The notes beneath the pieces were generated by a model. The model was not told the DNA's origin, searched no databases, and worked only from the letters and a program-made list of their open reading frames with translations. From Candidatus Micrarchaeota archaeon (GTDB lineage: Archaea; Micrarchaeota; Micrarchaeia; Norongarragalinales; SBBD01): a stretch of 64,000 bases of DNA. Numbering within the stretch: position 1 is the stretch's first letter; each line of letters starts with the position of its first letter. Positions 29,091 to 37,003 of this stretch are shown one piece after another. The position numbers and the translations under genes were made by a program. The stretch spans positions 226,556 to 290,555 of the forward strand of contig JACRGC010000009.1 in assembly GCA_016212475.1 (NCBI GenBank), read 5' to 3'.

Positions 29091-31129
29091 CTTGCATGCT
29101 TTGCTATCATTTCATAAAGCAGGTTCATGTTTTCGCCAGTAAGCGCTGAAACGGACACCACATGGTGCTGCGGGAATGCTTCCCTAACCTTTTCCGGCTT
29201 TGCCTTTTTGCTATCCATCTTGTTTGCCACAATTATGACCGGGATTTTCCTAGCCTCCAAATTCCCTAAAATTGTGATATTTACCTGCGTGAATGGGTCT
29301 TCTGATGAATCCATGACAACAAGGGCGGCATCGACGTTTTCAAGCCATTTGATTGCTTCAATGATTCCTTTCGTAGCCTCCTTTGCCCGGGTTTGCGCTT
29401 CCTCTTTTTTCAATCCATACGCTGAAAATTCCCTGTAATCAACTTTTGTTGCAATCCCTGGCATATCCAAAAGGTTCATCTCAAGCTCCTTGCCTTTTGA
29501 TTTTACAATCACGTGCTCCTTTTTTTGGACCTCCCGAGTTTCATGGGGGATTTCGGAAACTTTCCCAACGGGTTCGCCAAGCCAATCCATTGAAATGCGA
29601 TTGGCCAAACTGGTGTTGTGGACAATCAATCCATCCCAAGTTGTGAACGTGTGGTTTCCATCAACCGTCAAGTCGTAAATATGCCCGTTGTAATCCTGCT
29701 CTTCCAAACTTACAATCTCATCAAAGAATACATCTGCCTCCGAGATTTTTTTAATTGGCGCCAAAATTCCCAGTTCGCCCCATTTTCCTATGATCCCATT
29801 AACCCTATCAACACTTATCCGATTGGCCTTTGCATCCCTGGCAAAATGATATCCTTTCCCATAAAATTGCCTTATTTCAAGCCCCAAATCCTTCCTGGCT
29901 GTTTCCAGCATAGGAACTATTGGGAGTACGTGCACATTTGCCTTGCTGCCAAACTTGCAGATTTCCGCCAATTTTTCCTGCTTTTGACGAAGCGAAAAGC
30001 CAATCTCCCTTGCAAATGCCCTATGGTTTTCGGATCTTAAGATTTCAAGCATAAAATATGTTTTTCCCCTGATTTGCTTATCGCGAATGAGCGAAGGAAT
30101 CCCAAACCTTAGCAGTAGGATTTGCACCCCTCCGACAAGCTCCCTGCTTGCGCTTGAAAGCTCGACTTTCCTTTGCGAGTCCGTATTTCCAGCAACGCTT
30201 CCTTCGCAATCAAACATTGTCCTTAGGAATTCCCTAGCTGTTTCAGTATCCGATAAAAGGATGCTCCTTGGCACCTTCTTGCTTGCCGATAGCCCCGGAT
30301 GCAGATCAAAGCATTTGTGAAGGTATTCTACCAATGATTTGTTGTAAATGTCCATTTGCGGTGTCTTATCCCCCACTTTTTTGTATTTTGCATCGACATT
30401 GAATTCGTGCTTTGCAATGTCCCTGAAGTCCTCCCTGAGGTTTTCGTCTTCGTTGTAAAAGTTGATGTCATTTTTGCCATGGCTTGCCTCGGAAATCGTA
30501 TATGCAAAAAATCTGGCAATGCTTGGGTTCATGCTGAATTGAGGCTTGAATGATTTGGGTGTGTGGTTTTTCATTTTCAATACCATTTCGCCCCCATCCT
30601 CGGAAATGGCAAAACTTTCAGGGATTTTTATTCTCTCAAAATCATGCAATGGAGTAAGGGTGCGAAGCACGGCGACTTGAGCGCCTTCATTTAGATTTCC
30701 TGCCTTTATCTCTTCAACCCCATTTGCTGTAATGGCAATGAATGGATGGTCGGGACTTGCGCAGACGGTTTTGCCGTTCCGTGTCCGTATTTTTATCATC
30801 TTCCCAAAATATTTCTGCCGAAACACGTGCGAAACGGTTTTGAAATCGGTTTTCAGGGTCTCCTTGTTGAATGAGGGCACGACAATTCCAATATCTTCGC
30901 AGGGGATGTAAAGCTCATCTTTTGAAAGATCGCCGCCTTTTTGCGAATGCGCCCTTTCAAAAACTTTTTCGATGTTTTCGTATGTTCCATTTGCAAGAAG
31001 GATCCGCTCCCCTTCTGCAAGGCACTTCCCTGCGTTAGGTGCGCCATAAAACCCTAATCGTATGATTTTTTTCTTTCCAAAAAGGTTTGATAGCCAGCGC
31101 AAAAATCTCCTAAACGGCATGTGGGTCAC
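29087..31129 (-). CDS. Small Ras-like GTP-binding protein interrupted by a 470-aa intein in the P-loop
   Basis: Extein N: ...GFYGAPNAGK | intein | TSLANRI.. reconstitutes Walker A GAPNAGKT; downstream DMPG (G3), NKMD (G4), SAL (G5). Extein total ~210 aa. Confidence 0.8.
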   Translation of the reverse strand: MTHMPFRRFLRWLSNLFGKKKIIRLGFYGAPNAGKCLAEGERILLANGTYENIEKVFERAHSQKGGDLSKDELYIPCEDIGIVVPSFNKETLKTDFKTVSHVFRQKYFGKMIKIRTRNGKTVCASPDHPFIAITANGVEEIKAGNLNEGAQVAVLRTLTPLHDFERIKIPESFAISEDGGEMVLKMKNHTPKSFKPQFSMNPSIARFFAYTISEASHGKNDINFYNEDENLREDFRDIAKHEFNVDAKYKKVGDKTPQMDIYNKSLVEYLHKCFDLHPGLSASKKVPRSILLSDTETAREFLRTMFDCEGSVAGNTDSQRKVELSSASRELVGGVQILLLRFGIPSLIRDKQIRGKTYFMLEILRSENHRAFAREIGFSLRQKQEKLAEICKFGSKANVHVLPIVPMLETARKDLGLEIRQFYGKGYHFARDAKANRISVDRVNGIIGKWGELGILAPIKKISEADVFFDEIVSLEEQDYNGHIYDLTVDGNHTFTTWDGLIVHNTSLANRISMDWLGEPVGKVSEIPHETREVQKKEHVIVKSKGKELEMNLLDMPGIATKVDYREFSAYGLKKEEAQTRAKEATKGIIEAIKWLENVDAALVVMDSSEDPFTQVNITILGNLEARKIPVIIVANKMDSKKAKPEKVREAFPQHHVVSVSALTGENMNLLYEMIAKHAR
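29615..31024 (-). mobile_element. Intein with LAGLIDADG homing-endonuclease domain (in-frame in GTPase gene)
   Basis: Starts Cys (CLAEGERILLANG, block A), block B VCASPDHPF, HEN-like LRTMFDCEGSV, terminal ..LIVHN followed by +1 Thr. Confidence 0.75.
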
Positions 31130-31222
31130 TTGTGGGTTGTTTTATGTTTAGGTAAAATTACATGCCAAGCCTTAAAAAACTTATTTGAATGCTTTCGAGG
31201 AGCAATACCTGCTAGATTACAA

Positions 31223-32983
31223 TCAGAATGAAAAGCTAATAAGCCCCTTTAATTTCTTGATTTCCTGCAAAATTTCCTTCTCCCCTTCGGTTAGGCTTTG
31301 GAGGTATTTTTTTTCAATAATTTCTATTTCCTCCTCATGAATATCCGTATAGAGGACCTGCTTTTCCTTGACCTGCCTTCCGTATGTGACTCCGGCCATT
31401 GAAATTGCTACTTCCTGGCCCTTCTTTGCCTCTTCAACTGCCTCCTTTTCCGCCTGAATGCCCTGGATTTCGCCAACATATTCTCCCTTATCATCCATCA
31501 GGCGGTTTTCCTTTCTGATCCTGCCTTCCATGATTTGCACCCCAAAAACAGCCGGGTTGCTCACCCTAAAGCAATGGTTTGGCATGAGGAACACTTTTGC
31601 CGGAAGAGTCAGGGTTGAAAATGCGGTTTTTCTCTCTGCACTAAGAAGCTTATCCTTCCATTCCTTGTAGTTCAATATTAAATTGTAAATTATTTTCTCA
31701 TCGAAAATCTTTATCCCTTCAAACTCAGCTAGCGCCCTAACTTCGGAATCAATCTGGGAATGGAACGCAAAAATCACCCCAAGCAATTTGTCTTTTTTCC
31801 CAACGCTTCCGGATTCCATCACATCCTTCTTTAGCACTTTTCCAATCGATGCTGTTCTGATTGGGATTTTTTCCGCATGGAAAAGCTTGACAATTGCTTC
31901 CAAGCTCCCAAGCGCGTCCGCTTTTATGATTACCCCATCATCCTCGCTTGCAACTTCGATTTCACGGATTTCATTTTTCAGCTCAAGTTCGGTTTCAGCT
32001 GCATTTTTCTGCCTATACTCCAAAAACGAAGAACCAACCAGCGCCTCATCTGCAAAGTCGCATGCGATTTTGACTCCTGCAGCTGCAACCGCTTTTTCAA
32101 CCTTCCTGAATTTTGTCTCCCGCTCTTCCGATGATGGCTTAAGTATCGCCTTTACCTTTGATTTGGCAATGTTTCCATCGATTTTAAGGAAAGTGATCAA
32201 ATCGCCCTCTTCCAAAGATCCCTTGTAAATTATCACATCCAATGTTCTTCCAAGCCCCTTCTCATCCTTAACTTCCAAAATCGCGCCCCTTGTCAGCTCC
32301 TCTTCGCTATTTTCCAGCTCTTTTTCCAAAAACCGCTGTGCCAAACCAGAAACGAACAGCAAAACCTCTGAAATCCCTTCGGAAGTCCTGGCGGAAACCG
32401 GAACAATTGCAATCTGCTTTGTGAAATCGGAAACGCGATCAAACCTTTCAGCTGAAAAGCCAAAATCAGATAGCTGGCCAACAAGCTCGTAAATTTTAAT
32501 ATCCAAATTCTCCTGCACATCGTTCCTTTGCAACTTTAGCGCCTCAGAAAAAGATTCCTTATTGGAATTTTTCCAGCCAGACATCGCATCAATTTTAGTT
32601 GCTGCAACTATGAACGGAGTTTTGTACTCTTTTAGGATCCCAATTGCCTCCCTTGTCTGGTTTTGCATTCCCTGATTGATATCGATAACAAGTATTGCAA
32701 TATCGGCAATGCTTCCTCCCCTCTTCCTAAGGTTCACAAACGCCTCGTGCCCCGGCGTATCAATAAAAAGCAGCCCCGGAAGCGTCAAAACGATTTTCAT
32801 CTTCTCAAGCAAATCCCCGGCAAGCATGCGAATTGCAAAAGCCGGAACTTCTGAAGCCGAAACATGCTGGGTAATCCCGCCCGATTCCTTCCCGGCTACA
32901 CCAGATCTTCTGATGGTATCGAGTAGAGTTGTTTTCCCATGATCGACGTGCCCAAGCACGCAAACAATTGGCTGCCTAATCAT
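31223..32983 (-). CDS. infB: Translation initiation factor aIF5B (IF2 homologue)
   Basis: PIVCVLGHVDHGKTTLLD, DTPGHEAF, NKID; 586 aa four-domain architecture. Confidence 0.85.
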   Translation of the reverse strand: MIRQPIVCVLGHVDHGKTTLLDTIRRSGVAGKESGGITQHVSASEVPAFAIRMLAGDLLEKMKIVLTLPGLLFIDTPGHEAFVNLRKRGGSIADIAILVIDINQGMQNQTREAIGILKEYKTPFIVAATKIDAMSGWKNSNKESFSEALKLQRNDVQENLDIKIYELVGQLSDFGFSAERFDRVSDFTKQIAIVPVSARTSEGISEVLLFVSGLAQRFLEKELENSEEELTRGAILEVKDEKGLGRTLDVIIYKGSLEEGDLITFLKIDGNIAKSKVKAILKPSSEERETKFRKVEKAVAAAGVKIACDFADEALVGSSFLEYRQKNAAETELELKNEIREIEVASEDDGVIIKADALGSLEAIVKLFHAEKIPIRTASIGKVLKKDVMESGSVGKKDKLLGVIFAFHSQIDSEVRALAEFEGIKIFDEKIIYNLILNYKEWKDKLLSAERKTAFSTLTLPAKVFLMPNHCFRVSNPAVFGVQIMEGRIRKENRLMDDKGEYVGEIQGIQAEKEAVEEAKKGQEVAISMAGVTYGRQVKEKQVLYTDIHEEEIEIIEKKYLQSLTEGEKEILQEIKKLKGLISFSF

Positions 32984-33089
32984 TTTTCATCAAACCTAAC
33001 AAGAAGTATTTAGGGCTAAAAATTTATAATAAGCGCAAATGCAAGTTTTGGCATTCCGCGAAAACATGCCAAGCAACCCTCCCAATCCA

Positions 33090-33668
33090 TTATTCCTTTT
33101 TTTCATGGGGGTTCCAAACCAATTTCCCATCATGGTCATAAACCGGCTTATTGAAAGGCCTAATTTGCGCAAGCCACCTTTGCCTCTCATTTTTTCCCAA
33201 ATCCGGAAGCACAACCGCCAGGATGAATTTGCTTAGGATCAATTTATGCGTGCTTAGGTCTTCCTCATTCTTATCATTTAACCGATAACGCAAACCCGGC
33301 ATGGAAAAAAGGAGCCCGGGCAATTTTTCCGTACTGGTCACATGCGCCCTGAGCGCGGCTTTTACATGCAAAGTCCCAATCAAGCTAGGTTGCCGCACAA
33401 ATCCCCTATAGTATGTTTTTTGGCCCATTTGTTCCCCCAAATGATCCTTTCCGCGTTTTGGGTCGATATCAAATATCTTTTTCCCGATTTTTTTCTCAAT
33501 TTCCTGCGCCTTTTTTGGCGAAATGATTGCCATTCTTAAAATGCTAACCAGATTCTCCAATTTTACCGGCCCGCTTTTCGTTGGGTATGCCATGAAGTGG
33601 AATCCCAATTGCTCATGCTGATCCAGGAAATCATGGATGTTCTTTGGAATTTCTACTTGTCTTGCCAT
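33090..33668 (-). CDS. Hypothetical protein (192 aa)
   Basis: ORF only; weak HxT/S dipeptides (HVTS) reminiscent of 2H phosphoesterases but second motif absent. Confidence 0.35.
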   Translation of the reverse strand: MARQVEIPKNIHDFLDQHEQLGFHFMAYPTKSGPVKLENLVSILRMAIISPKKAQEIEKKIGKKIFDIDPKRGKDHLGEQMGQKTYYRGFVRQPSLIGTLHVKAALRAHVTSTEKLPGLLFSMPGLRYRLNDKNEEDLSTHKLILSKFILAVVLPDLGKNERQRWLAQIRPFNKPVYDHDGKLVWNPHEKKE

Positions 33669-33695
33669 ATTTGATCAATCCGCGATTCGAAAGGA

Positions 33696-35126
33696 TTAGA
33701 ATTCAGCTCCCTTTCGCTTCAAATGCTTTTCCGCCTTCCTAGCCTCCGAAATCAGTTTCACAAACCTTTCGCATTTCTCAACGGCATTCCCAATGTGCGA
33801 TTTGGAGTTGAACGCTTGCGCAATTTCCTTTTCCGTCAAATATTTTGCAACTGTTTTGTTTTCCATTGCAAACCCCTGCAGCGGATTTTCCTTCCCTTCC
33901 AAAATCACCTGCCATGCAAGCATGCTCATTTCCCTAATCAGCTCGTGCATTTTTTGCCTATCCGCGCCTTTTTTTGCAAGCTCAACTAGCAGCACTTCCG
34001 TCATTGCAAATGGAGCAAATTTAGCAAAGTTCCTCCTGATTTGGAGTTCATTTACCGCCATTCCATTAATTATCCCTGAAGTTAGCTGCAAACTTTCATC
34101 AAGAGCTAAGAAAGCTTCCGGAATTACAATTCTCCTGTTTGCCGAATCATCCAATGTCCGCTCAAGCAGCGAATTTGCTGCATTTCCCCACATGACTGCT
34201 GGAAGCGCAGAAACAAACCTGCAAAGCGAGCAAACGCGCTCTGATTTGATTGGATTTCGCTTGAATGGCATGGCCGAACTCCCAACCTGCTTTTCCCCAA
34301 ACGGTTCTGCCAATTCATAAATAAAGGGTGATTGCAATATTCGAATGTCAAATGCAAACTTATGAAGCGTTGCAGCAATTGATGACAATGCGCTGATCAC
34401 CAAAAAATCAACCTTCCTAGGGTATACCTGCGTTGTAGATTCAAATGATTCAAGCCCCAAATCCTTCATTGCAATTTTTTCCATATCCGTTGCTGACATT
34501 TTTCCCATCAATAATTTCTCATAAGCAGCTGAAGTCCCAACCGCCCCCTTGAACCCTTTTCCCTTGACCATTTTTTCAAGCATATTTAAATTTTCAAGAT
34601 CCAACAAAAGATCCTGCGCATAATACGTAAGGCGATAACCAAGAGTCGTTGGTTCTGCTGTTTGCAAATGCGTTTGCGCCATCACCTGCAAATTCTTGTA
34701 TTTTGAAATTTTTGCCTCGAGCGCAGTTAAACACTCGATTATTCCTCCCCTTATGATTTTCATCCCTTCCAATAGTTTTAGCGCTTCCGCATTATCCTCA
34801 ATATCCATGCTGGTTGCTCCCAAATGAAGCTTCCCGCCAGCATCGCCGCTTTGCTGTGCAAACACCCTAAGCTCAGCCATCAAATCATGCTTGATTTCCT
34901 TTTCGATTTCATGCGCTTTTTTGATATCAATATTGTTGATATTCTTTTCAATTGCTTTTAGTGACCTTTCATCAATTAGCCCGGCTTTCCCCTGAGCTTT
35001 AGCAAGCGCGAGCCAAACCTTCCTCCATTTCCTGCGGTTCTCCTCCTCGGAAAACAGCTTCCTCATCCCTTCACTCCCATACCTCCAGCTAAAAACGCTA
35101 AGGTAATTTGAAAAGTCCTTTTCCAT
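33696..35126 (-). CDS. purB: Adenylosuccinate lyase
   Basis: Fumarate-lyase signature GSSAMPFKRNP; SPLDGRY-like N-terminus (SVFSWRYG); ORF track start 35171 would overlap the upstream gene by 20 nt, internal ATG at 35126 preferred. Confidence 0.85.
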   Translation of the reverse strand: MEKDFSNYLSVFSWRYGSEGMRKLFSEEENRRKWRKVWLALAKAQGKAGLIDERSLKAIEKNINNIDIKKAHEIEKEIKHDLMAELRVFAQQSGDAGGKLHLGATSMDIEDNAEALKLLEGMKIIRGGIIECLTALEAKISKYKNLQVMAQTHLQTAEPTTLGYRLTYYAQDLLLDLENLNMLEKMVKGKGFKGAVGTSAAYEKLLMGKMSATDMEKIAMKDLGLESFESTTQVYPRKVDFLVISALSSIAATLHKFAFDIRILQSPFIYELAEPFGEKQVGSSAMPFKRNPIKSERVCSLCRFVSALPAVMWGNAANSLLERTLDDSANRRIVIPEAFLALDESLQLTSGIINGMAVNELQIRRNFAKFAPFAMTEVLLVELAKKGADRQKMHELIREMSMLAWQVILEGKENPLQGFAMENKTVAKYLTEKEIAQAFNSKSHIGNAVEKCERFVKLISEARKAEKHLKRKGAEF

Positions 35127-35151
35127 AAAATCTCCCAAATATCTATGTTTT

Positions 35152-35931
35152 TCATGACTTTTTAATTGCAACTACTCCGTATCCGTATTTGTTCTTGGCT
35201 AATTCTCCCCCTGAATTATCCATCTCTTTCAAAACTTCAATTTTCTTTGTTTCAAACCCGTGCCTTCGAAGGAAGCTTTTGATCTCATCCGCACTTTGAA
35301 ATGTATTTTGCCTAAGCTTTTTGGCATAATCCAGCCTCATTTTTATTGTTGCTATCATCCTCTCCATGGTTTCCGCCCTGATTTGAGGCGATTTTTCCTC
35401 ACTTGCAATATCCAAATATGGATCCATAATTATCCTAAGGAATGGGTGGTAATGCTCCTTTTGAGGCAGATTTTCTACGTCCTTGGGGCTCATATCCCTC
35501 GATTTATATCTCCCTAAAAAATCCTCGTAATCTTGGATGGCGTTAATTGTATGGGCCCTACCTATATCCTTATGGTGCGGAAGTATCATAATCAGCTTTC
35601 CTCCAGGTTTTAGCACCCGCATCATTTGCGCTGCGGTTTTGTTCATGTCCGTGTATTCCAAAACATTTGTTAGGTAAATTATATGCCCGAAGTTATCCCT
35701 AAAGCTCATTTCTTCCGCCTTTTCCTTCCTGTGCTCGGATAATTGCATATCCGGCTCGATGAACGGATCTACTGTAAATAGCCTGTTTTTCCCAAGCTTT
35801 GAAACCTTCCTTAAAAATTCCCCCCGTCCTGAGCCGATTTCAATCAGGTTTAGCGGTTCCGAATGCTTTCCAATCTCCTCCTTCAATTCCTTCTCCAAGA
35901 ACTTGAAGCGGACATGATTGAGCTGTTCCAT
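35152..35931 (-). CDS. Class I SAM-dependent methyltransferase
   Basis: Motif I LIEIGSGRGEF, motif post-I, Rossmann-fold pattern. Confidence 0.7.
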   Translation of the reverse strand: MEQLNHVRFKFLEKELKEEIGKHSEPLNLIEIGSGRGEFLRKVSKLGKNRLFTVDPFIEPDMQLSEHRKEKAEEMSFRDNFGHIIYLTNVLEYTDMNKTAAQMMRVLKPGGKLIMILPHHKDIGRAHTINAIQDYEDFLGRYKSRDMSPKDVENLPQKEHYHPFLRIIMDPYLDIASEEKSPQIRAETMERMIATIKMRLDYAKKLRQNTFQSADEIKSFLRRHGFETKKIEVLKEMDNSGGELAKNKYGYGVVAIKKS

Positions 35932-36035
35932 GCTAATCCCTAATCCATCAAATCTTAATTAATTTCCGCTTCATCGTCATTCTTATAAATTCAATTATAG
36001 ATTAGTTTAAGGCAATCGCCAACTCTATAATATGT

Positions 36036-36211
36036 GCAGGGATGCCGGAGCCTGGTCAAACGGGATAGACTCAAGGAACCTCTTTTCTTTGGAAGAAAAG
36101 ACGTTCACGAGAAAAGAAGCCTTCGCTAAAAATCTTCGATTTTTTGCTCAGGCAAATTTGAGATATCTATTAGCCTCAGGGCTTGCGTGGGTTCAAATCC
36201 CTCTCCCTGCA
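36036..36211 (+). tRNA. tRNA-Leu (anticodon CAA) with 89-nt intron at canonical 37/38 position
   Basis: Acceptor GCAGGGA/TCCCTGC perfectly paired; anticodon stem ATAGA/TCTAT with loop CTCAAG|..A; long variable arm (AGCC-TCAG-GGCT); T-arm GTGGG TTCAAAT CCCTC; discriminator A; exon1 36036-36075, exon2 36165-36211; no encoded CCA. Confidence 0.7.
36076..36164 (+). other. tRNA intron (89 nt)
   Basis: Sequence between anticodon-loop position 37 and resumption of anticodon stem 3' strand. Confidence 0.6.
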
Positions 36212-36425
36212 TGAGCTTCTTGGGGGAACCTAGGTTCCCCCGCTAACCTCGGAAGTATCCCCCTCCTATTAGCCAAATGTTCGCTTCCCCCTTTAATTTG
36301 TCGCCTCTACCCCCTTAATTGCCCAGTTAATTCCGAATCAACCCCCTTGAGCCAATTGCTAGACCCCCAATTAATCCCTCTAACCTTTGAAGCATCCCCT
36401 CTCCTACTAGTTTCCAAATTCAACT

Positions 36426-36914
36426 TTATTCCGAACCGGATTTTTCCTTTTTCACAAGCAAAACCTTCATCTCCAAAATTTTATCCTCCCCTAAGATGAA
36501 AGTAATCAGTTTTTCCGAAAAAATAGCCCTTAATTTTGTTGGTTCCCCACTTTCAACCAATCCCAAAAGTTCCGCAAATTTCCTTCCAATTGCATCCTTG
36601 ATATCAACTTCGCAAGATTCTGGAATCCTTGATCTGCCCTTTCTTTCAGGCATTGACATCCCCAAAATTGCAATTTCTTCAACCAGCCATCCGTTAGTCT
36701 GATCAAAGAATTGGATGCTCGAAGGATTCCCCTTCCTTTCATAAATAAATGCAATTTTAGTCATTCCGTGGTGTTCGGCCCTTGCGCAAACATCATCAAC
36801 AGATCTTTTCCCTCGGTTTTCATATTTTGCCATCAAAATAAGCGAAAGCAACCTGGCAAGCTTCCTAGCAGTTGCAGTTGGCTTCCTTCCAGTTGAAATG
36901 AAAAGATTTGACAT
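36426..36914 (-). CDS. Brix-domain ribosome-biogenesis protein (archaeal Imp4/Brix-like)
   Basis: 162 aa; N-terminus LFISTGRKPTATARKLARLL similar to archaeal Brix proteins (I.TS.RP..R.R.F..DL). Confidence 0.55.
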   Translation of the reverse strand: MSNLFISTGRKPTATARKLARLLSLILMAKYENRGKRSVDDVCARAEHHGMTKIAFIYERKGNPSSIQFFDQTNGWLVEEIAILGMSMPERKGRSRIPESCEVDIKDAIGRKFAELLGLVESGEPTKLRAIFSEKLITFILGEDKILEMKVLLVKKEKSGSE

Positions 36915-37003
36915 ATTGTAATATCAGCCCCCACTATATTTTATATTGGAGTTTTAAGCGCCAATAGGAAACTTTAAATTGATTGATTGGAAGATATGCC
37001 TAT

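Noticed and set aside
36032-36214. 60-aa ORF over the tRNA-Leu locus
   Set aside because: Coincides exactly with the tRNA and its intron. The RNA gene explains the sequence.
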